Positions 15,001-27,599 of a stretch of 64,000 nt of DNA are shown here, piece by piece (the stretch's first letter is position 1; every line of letters starts with the position of its first letter). Both the position numbers and the translations under genes were made by a program. Under the pieces are notes generated by a model. The model had not been told where the DNA came from and searched no databases. It was given only the letters and a program-made list of their open reading frames with translations. The stretch lies in the NCBI GenBank assembly GCA_002269645.1, contig NIVC01002947.1, positions 2,565 to 66,564 on the forward strand. Direction: 5' to 3'. Source of the DNA: Macrostomum lignano (taxonomy: Eukaryota).

Positions 15001-18000
15001 AAATCATAGAAGCGTCATGTAAAAATCATAGAAGCGTCATGTAAAAATCATAGAAGCGTCATGTAAAAATCATAGAAGCGTCATGTAAAAATCATAGAAG
15101 CGTCATGTAAAAATCATAGAAGCGTCATGTAAAAATCATAGAAGCGTCATGTAAAAATCATAGAAGCGTCATGTAAAAATCATAGAAGCGTCATGTAAAA
15201 ATCATAGAAGCGTCATGTAAAAATCATAGAAGCGTCATGTAAAAATCATAGAAGCGTCATGTAAAAATCATAGAAGCGTCATGTAAAAATCATAGAAGCG
15301 TCATGTAAAAATCATAGAAGCGTCATGTAAAAATCATAGAAGCGTCATGTAAAAATCATAGAAGCGTCATGTAAAAATCATAGAAGCGTCATGTAAAAAT
15401 CATAGAAGCGTCATGTAAAAATCATAGAAGCGTCATGTAAAAATCATAGAAGCGTCATGTAAAAATCATAGAAGCGTCATGTAAAAATCATAGAAGCGTC
15501 ATGTAAAAATCATAGAAGCGTCATGTAAAAATCATAGAAGCGTCATGTAAAAATCATAGAAGCGTCATGTAAAAATCATAGAAGCGTCATGTAAAAATCA
15601 TAGAAGCGTCATGTAAAAATCATAGAAGCGTCATGTAAAAATCATAGAAGCGTCATGTAAAAATCATAGAAGCGTCATGTAAAAATCATAGAAGCGTCAT
15701 GTAAAAATCATAGAAGCGTCATGTAAAAATCATAGAAGCGTCATGTAAAAATCATAGAAGCGTCATGTAAAAATCATAGAAGCGTCATGTAAAAATCATA
15801 GAAGCGTCATGTAAAAATCATAGAAGCGTCATGTAAAAATCATAGAAGCGTCATGTAAAAATCATAGAAGCGTCATGTAAAAATCATAGAAGCGTCATGT
15901 AAAAATCATAGAAGCGTCATGTAAAAATCATAGAAGCGTCATGTAAAAATCATAGAAGCGTCATGTAAAAATCATAGAAGCGTCATGTAAAAATCATAGA
16001 AGCGTCATGTAAAAATCATAGAAGCGTCATGTAAAAATCATAGAAGCGTCATGTAAAAATCATAGAAGCGTCATGTAAAAAATCATAGAAGCGTCATGTA
16101 AAAATCATAGAAGCGTCATGTAAAAATCATAGAAGCGTCATGTAAAAATCATAGAAGCGTCATGTAAAAATCATAGAAGCGTCATGTAAAAATCATAGAA
16201 GCGTCATGTAAAAATCATAGAAGCGTCATGTAAAAATCATAGAAGCGTCATGTAAAAATCATAGAAGCGTCATGTAAAAATCATAGAAGCGTCATGTAAA
16301 AATCATAGAAGCGTCATGTAAAAATCATAGAAGCGTCATGTAAAAATCATAGAAGCGTCATGTAAAAATCATAGAAGCGTCATGTAAAAATCATAGAAGC
16401 GTCATGTAAAAATCATAGAAGCGTCATGTAAAAATCATAGAAGCGTCATGTAAAAATCATAGAAGCGTCATGTAAAAATCATAGAAGCGTCATGTAAAAT
16501 CATAGAAGCGTCATGTAAAAATCATAGAAGCGTCATGTAAAAATCATAGAAGCGTCATGTAAAAATCATAGAAGCGTCATGTAAAAATCATAGAAGCGTC
16601 ATGTAAACAATCATAGAAGCGTCATGTAAAAAATCATAGAAGCGTCATGTAAAAATCATAGAAGCGTCATGTAAAAATCATAGAAGCGTCATGTAAAAAT
16701 CATAGAAGCGTCATGTAAAAATCATAGAAGCGTCATGTAAAAATCATAGAAGCGTCATGTAAACAATCATAGAAGCGTCATGTAAAAATCATAGAAGCGT
16801 CATGTAAAAATCATAGAAGCGTCATGTAAAAATCATAGAAGCGTCATGTAAAAATCATAGAAGCGTCATGTAAAAATCATAGAAGCGTCATGTAAAAATC
16901 ATAGAAGCGTCATGTAAACAATCATAGAAGCGTCATGTAAAAATCATAGAAGCGTCATGTAAAAATCATAGAAGCGTCATGTAAACAATCATAGAAGCGT
17001 CATGTAAAAATCATAGAAGCGTCATGTAAAAATCATAGAAGCGTCATGTAAAAATCATAGAAGCGTCATGTAAAAATCATAGAAGCGTCATGTAAAAATC
17101 ATAGAAGCGTCATGTAAAAATCATAGAAGCGTCATGTAAAAATCATAGAAGCGTCATGTAAAAATCATAGAAGCGTCATGTAAAAATCATAGAAGCGTCA
17201 TGTAAAAATCATAGAAGCGTCATGTAAAAATCATAGAAGCGTCATGTAAAAATCATAGAAGCGTCATGTAAAAATCATAGAAGCGTCATGTAAAAATCAT
17301 AGAAGCGTCATGTAAAAATCATAGAAGCGTCATGTAAAAATCATAGAAGCGTCATGTAAAAATCATAGAAGCGTCATGTAAAAATCATAGAAGCGTCATG
17401 TAAAAATCATAGAAGCGTCATGTAAACAATCATAGAAGCGTCATGTAAAAATCATAGAAGCGTCATGTAAAAATCATAGAAGCGTCATGTAAAAATCATA
17501 GAAGCGTCATGTAAAAATCATAGAAGCGTCATGTAAAAATCATAGAAGCGTCATGTAAAAATCATAGAAGCGTCATGTAAAAATCATAGAAGCGTCATGT
17601 AAAAATCATAGAAGCGTCATGTAAAAATCATAGAAGCGTCATGTAAAAATCATAGAAGCGTCATGTAAAAATCATAGAAGCGTCATGTAAAAATCATAGA
17701 AGCGTCATGTAAAAATCATAGAAGCGTCATGTAAAAATCATAGAAGCGTCATGTAAAAATCATAGAAGCGTCATGTAAAAATCATAGAAGCGTCATGTAA
17801 AAATCATAGAAGCGTCATGTAAAAATCATAGAAGCGTCATGTAAAAATCATAGAAGCGTCATGTAAAAATCATAGAAGCGTCATGTAAAAATCATAGAAG
17901 CGTCATGTAAAAATCATAGAAGCGTCATGTAAAAATCATAGAAGCGTCATGTAAAAATCATAGAAGCGTCATGTAAACAATCATAGAAGCGTCATGTAAA

Positions 18001-21000
18001 AATCATAGAAGCGTCATGTAAAAATCATAGAAGCGTCATGTAAAAATCATAGAAGCGTCATGTAAAAATCATAGAAGCGTCATGTAAAAATCATAGAAGC
18101 GTCATGTAAACAATCATAGAAGCGTCATGTAAAAATCATAGAAGCGTCATGTAAAAATCATAGAAGCGTCATGTAAAAATCATAGAAGCGTCATGTAAAA
18201 ATCATAGAAGCGTCATGTAAAAATCATAGAAGCGTCATGTAAAAATCATAGAAGCGTCATGTAAAAATCATAGAAGCGTCATGTAAAAATCATAGAAGCG
18301 TCATGTAAACAATCATAGAAGCGTCATGTAAAAATCATAGAAGCGTCATGTAAAAATCATAGAAGCGTCATGTAAAAATCATAGAAGCGTCATGTAAAAA
18401 TCATAGAAGCGTCATGTAAAAATCATAGAAGCGTCATGTAAAAATCATAGAAGCGTCATGTAAAAATCATAGAAGCGTCATGTAAAAATCATAGAAGCGT
18501 CATGTAAAAATCATAGAAGCGTCATGTAAAAATCATAGAAGCGTCATGTAAAAATCATAGAAGCGTCATGTAAAAATCATAGAAGCGTCATGTAAAAATC
18601 ATAGAAGCGTCATGTAAAAATCATAGAAGCGTCATGTAAACAATCATAGAAGCGTCATGTAAAAATCATAGAAGCGTCATGTAAACAATCATAGAAGCGT
18701 CATGTAAAAATCATAGAAGCGTCATGTAAAAATCATAGAAGCGTCATGTAAAAATCATAGAAGCGTCATGTAAAAATCATAGAAGCGTCATGTAAAAATC
18801 ATAGAAGCGTCATGTAAAAATCATAGAAGCGTCATGTAAAAATCATAGAAGCGTCATGTAAAAATCATAGAAGCGTCATGTAAACAATCATAGAAGCGTC
18901 ATGTAAAAATCATAGAAGCGTCATGTAAACAATCATAGAAGCGTCATGTAAAAATCATAGAAGCGTCATGTAAAAATCATAGAAGCGTCATGTAAAAATC
19001 ATAGAAGCGTCATGTAAAAATCATAGAAGCGTCATGTAAAAATCATAGAAGCGTCATGTAAAAATCATAGAAGCGTCATGTAAAAATCATAGAAGCGTCA
19101 TGTAAAAATCATAGAAGCGTCATGTAAAAATCATAGAAGCGTCATGTAAAAATCATAGAAGCGTCATGTAAAAATCATAGAAGCGTCATGTAAAAATCAT
19201 AGAAGCGTCATGTAAAATCATAGAAGCGTCATGTAAAAATCATAGAAGCGTCATGTAAACAATCATAGAAGCGTCATGTAAAAATCATAGAAGCGTCATG
19301 TAAACAATCATAGAAGCGTCATGTAAAAATCATAGAAGCGTCATGTAAACAATCATAGAAGCGTCATGTAAACAATCATAGAAGCGTCATGTAAAAATCA
19401 TAGAAGCGTCATGTAAACAATCATAGAAGCGTCATGTAAAAATCATAGAAGCGTCATGTAAAAATCATAGAAGCGTCATGTAAAAATCATAGAAGCGTCA
19501 TGTAAAAATCATAGAAGCGTCATGTAAAAATCATAGAAGCGTCATGTAAAAATCATAGAAGCGTCATGTAAACAATCATAGAAGCGTCATGTAAACAATC
19601 ATAGAAGCGTCATGTAAACAATCATAGAAGCGTCATGTAAACAATCATAGAAGCGTCATGTAAACAATCATAGAAGCGTCATGTAAAAATCATAGAAGCG
19701 TCATGTAAACAATCATAGAAGCGTCATGTAAAAATCATAGAAGCGTCATGTAAACAATCATAGAAGCGTCATGTAAACAATCATAGAAGCGTCATGTAAA
19801 AATCATAGAAGCGTCATGTAAAAATCATAGAAGCGTCATGTAAAAATCATAGAAGCGTCATGTAAAAATCATAGAAGCGTCATGTAAAAATCATAGAAGC
19901 GTCATGTAAAAATCATAGAAGCGTCATGTAAACAATCATAGAAGCGTCATGTAAAAATCATAGAAGCGTCATGTAAAAATCATAGAAGCGTCATGTAAAA
20001 ATCATAGAAGCGTCATGTAAAAATCATAGAAGCGTCATGTAAAAAATCATAGAAGCGTCATGTAAACAATCATAGAAGCGTCATGTAAAAATCATAGAAG
20101 CGTCATGTAAAAATCATAGAAGCGTCATGTAAAAATCATAGAAGCGTCATGTAAACAATCATAGAAGCGTCATGTAAAAATCATAGAAGCGTCATGTAAA
20201 AATCATAGAAGCGTCATGTAAAAATCATAGAAGCGTCATCTAAAAATCATAGAAGCGTCATGTAAAAATCATAGAAGCGTCATGTAAAAATCATAGAAGC
20301 GTCATGTAAATAGAAGCGTCATGTAAAAATCATAGAAGCGTCATGTAAACAATCATAGAAGCGTCATGTAAAAATCATAGAAGCGTCATGTAAACAATCA
20401 TAGAAGCGTCATGTAAACAATCATAGAAGCGTCATGTAAAAATCATAGAAGCGTCATGTAAAAATCATAGAAGCGTCATGTAAACAATCATAGAAGCGTC
20501 ATGTAAAAATCATAGAAGCGTCATGTAAAAATCATAGAAGCGTCATGTAAAAATCATAGAAGCGTCATGTAAACAATCATAGAAGCGTCATGTAAAAATC
20601 ATAGAAGCGTCATGTAAACAATCATAGAAGCGTCATGTAAAAATCATAGAAGCGTCATGTAAAAATCATAGAAGCGTCATGTAAAAATCATAGAAGCGTC
20701 ATGTAAACAATCATAGAAGCGTCATGTAAACAATCATAGAAGCGTCATGTAAAAATCATAGAAGCGTCATGTAAAAATCATAGAAGCGTCATGTAAAAAT
20801 CATAGAAGCGTCATGTAAAAATCATAGAAGCGTCATGTAAACAATCATAGAAGCGTCATGTAAAAATCATAGAAGCGTCATGTAAAAATCATAGAAGCGT
20901 CATGTAAAAATCATAGAAGCGTCATGTAAAAATCATAGAAGCGTCATGTAAAATCATAGAAGCGTCATGTAAACAATCATAGAAGCGTCATGTAAACAAT

Positions 21001-22946
21001 CATAGAAGCGTCATGTAAACAATCATAGAAGCGTCATGTAAAAATCATAGAAGCGTCATGTAAACAATCATAGAAGCGTCATGTAAAAATCATAGAAGCG
21101 TCATGTAAACAATCATAGAAGCGTCATGTAAACAATCATAGAAGCGTCATGTAAAAATCATAGAAGCGTCATGTAAACAATCATAGAAGCGTCATGTAAA
21201 AATCATAGAAGCGTCATGTAAACAATCATAGAAGCGTCATGTAAAAATCATAGAAGCGTCATGTAAACAATCATAGAAGCGTCATGTAAAAATCATAGAA
21301 GCGTCATGTAAAAATCATAGAAGCGTCATGTAAACAATCATAGAAGCGTCATGTAAAAAGTCATAGAAGCGTCATGTAAAAAATCATAGAAGCGTCATGT
21401 AAAAAATCATAGAAGCGTCATGTAAACAATCATAGAAGCGTCATGTAAAAATCATAGAAGCGTCATGTAAACAATCATAGAAGCGTCATGTAAACAATCA
21501 TAGAAGCGTCATCTAAAAATCATAGAAGCGTCATGTAAAAATCATAGAAGCGTCATGTAAAAATCATAGAAGCGTCATGTAAACAATCATAGAAGCGTCA
21601 TGTAAAAATCATAGAAGCGTCATGTAAACAATCATAGAAGCGTCATGTAAAAATCATAGAAGCGTCATGTAAAAATCATAGAAGCGTCATGTAAACAATC
21701 ATAGAAGCGTCATGTAAAAATCATAGAAGCGTCATGTAAAAATCATAGAAGCGTCATGTAAAAATCATAGAAGCGTCATGTAAACAATCATAGAAGCGTC
21801 ATGTAAACAATCATAGAAGCGTCATGTAAACAATCATAGAAGCGTCATGTAAACAATCATAGAAGCGTCATGTAAACAATCATAGAAGCGTCATGTAAAC
21901 AATCATAGAAGCGTCATGTAAACAATCATAGAAGCGTCATGTAAACAATCATAGAAGCGTCATGTAAACAATCATAGAAGCGTCATGTAAACAATCATAG
22001 AAGCGTCATGTAAACAATCATAGAAGCGTCATGTAAACAATCATAGAAGCGTCATGTAAACAATCATAGAAGCGTCATGTAAACAATCATAGAAGCGTCA
22101 TGTAAAAATCATAGAAGCGTCATGTAAACAATCATAGAAGCGTCATGTAAACAATCATAGAAGCGTCATGTAAAAATCATAGAAGCGTCATGTAAAAATC
22201 ATAGAAGCGTCATGTAAAAATCATAGAAGCGTCATGTAAAAATCATAGAAGCGTCATGTAAACAATCATAGAAGCGTCATGTAAACAATCATAGAAGCGT
22301 CATGTAAACAATCATAGAAGCGTCATGTAAAAATCATAGAAGCGTCATGTAAAAATCATAGAAGCGTCATGTAAAAATCATAGAAGCGTCATGTAAACAA
22401 TCATAGAAGCGTCATGTAAAAATCATAGAAGCGTCATGTAAAAATCATAGAAGCGTCATGTAAAAATCATAGAAGCGTCATGTAAAAATCATAGAAGCGT
22501 CATGTAAAAATCATAGAAGCGTCATGTAAAAATCATAGAAGCGTCATGTAAACAATCATAGAAGCGTCATGTAAAAAATCATAGAAGCGTCATGTAAAAA
22601 TCATAGAAGCGTCATGTAAACAATCATAGAAGCGTCATGTAAAAATCATAGAAGCGTCATGTAAAAATCATAGAAGCGTCATGTAAAAATCATAGAAGCG
22701 TCATCTAAAAAGTCATAGAAGCGTCATGTAAAAATCATAGAAGCGTCATGTAAAAATCATAGAAGCGTCATGTAAACAATCATAGAAGCGTCATGTAAAA
22801 AATCATAGAAGCGTCATGTAAAAAATCATAGAAGCGTCATGTAAAAAATCATAGGAGCGTCATGTAAACAATCATAGAAGCCTCATGTAAACAATCATCG
22901 AAGCGTCATTTAAAAAGTCGTAGAAGCGTCATCTAAAAAGTCATAG
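1..22946. repeat. 22-bp tandem satellite AAGCGTCATGTAAAAATCATAG, ~1,040 copies, continues beyond the window start
   Basis: Near-perfect head-to-tail repetition. The common variant is a +C 23-mer (TAAACAATC); there are occasional A-run +/-1 indels. Units degenerate in the last ~250 bp and end at ...AAAAAGTCATAG (22946). Confidence 0.99.
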
Positions 22947-22993
22947 ACTAACTAACTAACTAACTAATTAACTAACTAACTAACTAACTAACT
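22947..22993. repeat. (ACTA)n/(TAAC)n microsatellite
   Basis: About 11 copies of ACTA directly between the satellite and the FReD exon. Confidence 0.95.
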
Positions 22994-23001
22994 GCCGGCA
23001 G

Positions 23002-23625
23002 TGACTGCTGGACCACCGTGCAGCACAGGGTGTCCGGCTCAGTGGACTTTTACCGCAACTGGACTCAGTACCAGAGCGAGTTCGGTGACCGACTCGACGG
23101 AAACTACTGGATCGGTGAGCGGTGAATCCAAGATCTGCCTCATTCGCTTCCTTTTCGGTTGAGTCTGCTACGAGCTGTGCTCGATTTACAGGTCTGAACT
23201 CGCTTCACGAGCTCACGAGGTCTAAAAGCCGAAAAGTGAGGTTTTTGATCACTGATTGGGACCATTTGGAGACCTGGGCTGAGTACTCCAGCTTCTCAGT
23301 CGGTCCTGAGTCTCACAAGTATCGGCTGAACGTGTCCGGCTTCTCAACCGGCAGTGCCAAAGTGGGCGACAGCTTCTCGCACGGCAACGGCATGCAGTTC
23401 AGCACCAAGGACGCTGACAACGACATTTCCGGTTACAGCTGCGCTCAGGAATATTCTGGAGCCTGGTGGTTCGCCGCCTGCTTTCTCGCCCATCCGAACG
23501 GACAGTACAAGAACTTCTCTGAGGCCATCGGAGGTCCGTACGCTCAGGGCATCATGTGGATTCATTTTTATGATGTTTACTACTCGCTGAAGGAGTTCGA
23601 GATGATGGTCTTTTTGACTGACTAA
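23002..23625 (+). CDS. Fibrinogen-related domain protein (FReD; ficolin/tenascin/angiopoietin-like C-terminal domain), 5'-partial
   Basis: Exon 23002-23114 encodes [43 protein letters not shown] intron spans 23115-23191. Exon 23192-23625 encodes LNSLHELT...[14 protein letters not shown]...[14 protein letters not shown]...TAA. These are classic FReD motifs. The 5' boundary (CAG at 22999-23001) is uncertain, and no start codon or signal peptide lies in the window. Confidence 0.88.
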
Positions 23626-24623
23626 GAAAATTTGGACAAACTAGCTTGCATTGATTAACTGGAGTGCATTCTGGCGCATTGTCGAGGTCGATCAATAGTT
23701 ACGAGTACAACTTAATACTGAACTTTCGAAAGCTTCACTGACACTAAAAAGCAGAAAGCAAAGTTTTTATTGAGGATGCAAGAACTCGCTTTTGCGAGGT
23801 TCTAACGAACGAGTTATGTTTAAAACCTTTCGTCCCAGAAATGTAATCTGTAAGTCAAAATATTTGCAACTGCTTTATTGGCGTTGGTGAATGCAATAGC
23901 AACGCCTACAGTTATCTACCTTTCTTGACTATGCAGCCCCATTTCTTAAAACCTCTCGCTCTGCATGTCCCGCAAGCGGTTTGTCTTCAATTCTTGCTTT
24001 TTGGCTTCCTGTCTTGCGAAAGAACTTTCAGTCGTCAGCCAGCAGCCTTCCCGGACTTGCTTTGGCCTCCTGATGCAGCTGCAGCAGCAGACCTTTCAGC
24101 CCCTGCATTGCGTGCGCGCCGGCTCCGACGTTTGCCCATTTTCTTGCACCTCTTGCCACTCCGACCGGGATTCGATTGTGCAGTCAGGAGCGAAGTTTGG
24201 ACGCGCAGGGGACGAGCTGCAATTCCGGCGGGCCGCGCTGCCCGGGGTTCGGGCGATCGAGGCCTGAACTAAGCTGCAGTATTCGAAAGGAAGGCAAAGA
24301 GAAAGGGTGGGCGACTGCATGGCTAAATGCGAAGGATCGCTCTGACATTTCACCCCCTGGCCCACCAGAATTCTGCCTTTCGCCCGCTCTTCCTCCCACC
24401 GTCCTTGAACGGCAAGTCCCTGTCGAATACAACTGCAGCAGCCGGCACTTTCTCCCCAGGAGGCGGCGGAGCAACAGACGTCCCGGGCACCTTTTTCGCG
24501 ATTTTTTGGCCCCGGCTATTTGCCTGTTTTCTATTTGAGTCTTTCCTGCCCCCGGCCGGGCCTCTCTTTATTCGGAAGGCGGATTTCGCAAACGAGCCAC
24601 AGCAAAGGCGGCACTGACTGACC

Positions 24624-25855
24624 ATGGCGGTGCATCACGTGAGCCTGCGCCGCCCGGACCCGTCCTACTCGTGGGGCTTCCGTCTGCAGGGCGGCATCGA
24701 CTACCAGCTGCCGCTGAGTGTCGAGAGCGTCGCTCCGGGCACCGTGGCCGACCGTTGCGGCCTCGTACGCGGCGACTTCGTCGTTGGCATCAACGGCCAG
24801 CCAACGGACTACCTGCAGCACGAGGCCGCCAAGATGGCCATCATTCGGTCAGGCAACGAGGTGGCCCTCACTGTGCACCGCGGCAGCGGAGGCGGTGGAG
24901 GCGGGGGAGGCGGGGGAGGCGGCGTAGCTATCTACGAAGACTATGAAGGCAGCGGAGGCGGCGGTGGTGGCGGAGGCGGCGGTGGGGTGAACGTCTGGAG
25001 GCCGTCTGTGCAGTCGGTGACGCAGCTCTACCAGCAGCACCAGCAGCAGCGGCAGCAGCAGCAGCAGCAGCACCATGCCCCAGCCGCTAGACCCAGCGGT
25101 GTGGGAAGATTTCCCGCCGGCAGCGGCAGCATGTTCGCCGACCTGCCCAAGGTCAGTGAGAGCTGAATAGAAGTGGCACTTGGGTAGCAGTTAGTGCAAC
25201 TGCTCATGATAATTATGAGTAGCAACCCCAAGGGCGGCCTGCCACGTAGTCAAGGTGTGAGCTCGAGCGCTCGCTCAAGGTTCAGCGGGTCGGCGCTGTT
25301 GCTTTGATTGATAAACTCGGACGAATTAAAAGTACATTTCCTCCACATTAATTCGCGCAGGTGACGAACACGTCATTGGCGGCAAACAAAACGGACACGA
25401 ACGTCCGTCACTACGACAACAACTACAACAGCAGCCCGAGGCCGTTCACTCCGCACGGCTACGCCTACGGCCCGGCTGCTGCACAGCGTCATCACCGAGG
25501 CGGCGGCGGCGGCGGCACCAGCAACAGCTTCCACCAGCAGCAGCCGCACAGCCCGCACCTGCAAGACTCCACCAACGTGGCTTCAAGCCACGGCTATCGG
25601 CAGGTCCGCCCGCCGGAGCCCGGCGTGCCCCGGCCAGCGCCCGGCGGCGGCGGCGGCGGCGGTTTGATTTGCGCCGCGTGCGGCGAACTCGTCCGCGGCG
25701 TCTTCGTCAACGTCCAGGGCCGGCTGCCGATGCACCCGGAGTGCTTGAAGTGCGCCGCCTGCGGTGTTGGCCTGCGCCACTGCGGCTATTACTGCGTAGA
25801 GAACCGCGTCTTCTGCGAGGCCCACGCCAGGGCGGCCACTGCCGGCGGTCTGTGA
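24624..25855 (+). CDS. PDZ and LIM domain protein, ALP/PDLIM1-4-like (one PDZ, one C-terminal LIM), ~340 aa
   Basis: Exon 1 24624-25151 has the PDZ (SWGFRLQGGIDY...HEAAKMAIIRSGNEVALTV). Phase-0 intron 25152-25360 (GTCAGT...CGCAG). Exon 2 25361-25855 has YNSSPRPF (ALP/Enigma-family motif) and the LIM CxxC-x17-HxxCxxCxxC-x17-CxxH ending FCEAHAR. AATAAA at 26106. Confidence 0.9.
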
Positions 25856-27499
25856 GACACATTCGACGTGTCTCGCGGAGGTGGAGGGCACTGGTTGGGG
25901 ATTTGGTTGGCCGCTGACAGCTTTGAAACCTTAGACAGCTGAATCAGGATGCGCGCTGCACTTTCAGCTGGAGAAAAATTTGGGAATTTTTTCAGTTTCT
26001 TTCGCAACAGATTTCGCGACATGTTGCCATTGACAAATCCGCGCCAATGAAAGGCAGTAAAAAGACAGGAACAGCTGGAACTTGGTCTCTGGTTAGAATT
26101 TCATGAATAAACAGCTTAATCGATTTCCCATCGTACTACGTTCTTAACGCATTTTTGCCTCCAATATGGTAATAAATCAAATCGAAATTCCCTCGGGCCA
26201 AGCTACAGAATATCACCAGAATGCTCGATGAAGCTTATTTTTGAGAGAAAAACTGCTATTGGAAGAAGTTCTGGAGCGTGTTCTATCTAGTCTACTGTTG
26301 GACTGAAGGTTTTGAGTAGGCGAGTAGCGAATTTTAACGCCAAATATCTCCATGCAGAAAGTTTCAGCTTAAATGATCAGTCTGAGCTGTCTTCTGTAGC
26401 CGTTTTTGTACTTTTAAAAATAAGCAGGCAATATGATTATGGCTATGGAAATGTGCACCATTCTACTTAGCTGGAGTCAGTAGGTGGTTGAGCATGCGTC
26501 TTGTTATCGCCAATGCACTGGCCGGCCGAACAAAATTTATCGGATAATGCACATTGCGTGCACAAATGTTCGCACATCCTGCCTTAGTTGAGTTGCTTTC
26601 ACAAACTTCAGTTCCACCCACGCTTTTTGCCGCAACCCAAACCGCTTTTGTTGAACTGTTGAATTGAGTTGCAGGGGCTCGATTAGATAGATTTTTACAG
26701 AAATAGTTTTCTAAGGAAAGATAAGTTGAGGAGGAAACAAGAAAATTTTACTGTTATTGTACCGTCAGCAGTGTTTCTGAGAAACAGGGCCGATTTCCGA
26801 ACTTTAAATCTGCCCCCCATATGATGAGCTAATTTGGTGTGAAATTGTCTATGGCCAAAATCTTGGCATCCAAGTTTGAAAATTGATGTAATAGCTTTAA
26901 TCCAAGGTTCCTGTTCAACTCGCCCACACATTTCCTGTTCAATCTCCTGACCGTACAGATGACTGAGTCCTTCTCATTGGTTTACCCGAGACCCACTCAT
27001 CTTTTCCTAAATTCTTATACATGTATTTGTTTAATTACGAATTACATGTACTAATTCTATCCTCAGCAATCTTCACTTGCTTGTGCAACAGTTTTAATAT
27101 CGCACAATTTTTATAACTTCTAGTAGAGAACAAATAACTTATTAATCATAAATTTCAAATCTTAAAACTTCTGAAAAAACTAGACAGTTCTCAGTTGTCC
27201 TCGGCTGTGCGAGCTGTCATGACAACCTCTCCCCAAACTTCTCTCTGCTCTGAAAAAGTTGATAATATCCTGATTTATTTTTTTTGTCTTACCCCAACAA
27301 CTTCTTTGTGGCCTTTGAAACTAATCAAATAAATCTATTGGAATCTCTGTCATTTTAGCTATTTTGAAATAGTTGAATAAATGAGAGAATTTGCTTCTCA
27401 ACCGACCGCAGTTTGCTTTTCGTGTGCATCATTTTGTTTAGCCGGGACGGCGGTGGAAAATCCCGTGCTGGGCACCGATGCACTCAGCTACAACACCTG

Positions 27500-27584
27500 C
27501 CTACACTGCCTACAGTGCTTACAGTGCCTACAGTGCCTACAGTGCCTACAGTGCCTACAGTGCCCACAGTGCCTACAGTGCCTA
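27500..27584. repeat. 9-bp tandem repeat (CCTACAGTG)n
   Basis: About 9 copies visible. Confidence 0.9.
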
Positions 27585-27599
27585 TATGACTAACTGCCC

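Noticed and set aside
1-22946. Satellite as a CRISPR-like array or a coding/micro-exon array (each unit has ATG-TAA and TAG...9 nt...GTAAAA)
   Set aside because: There are no unique spacers and the context is eukaryotic. ATG-TAA and AG/GT pairs are expected by chance in an AT-rich 22-mer and there is no pyrimidine tract; nothing in the sequence supports their use.
23925-24617. Overlapping short ORFs upstream of the PDZ-LIM gene
   Set aside because: No recognisable domain or consistent splice structure; probably promoter/5' UTR sequence.
26530-26990. Possible spliced minus-strand ORF remnant (EGLSHLYGQEIEQEMCGRVEQEPWIKAI...; VQQKRFGLRQKAWVELKF...)
   Set aside because: It looks loosely coding, but I cannot assign a family and stops bound it closely. 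A BLASTX/HMM search would be needed.
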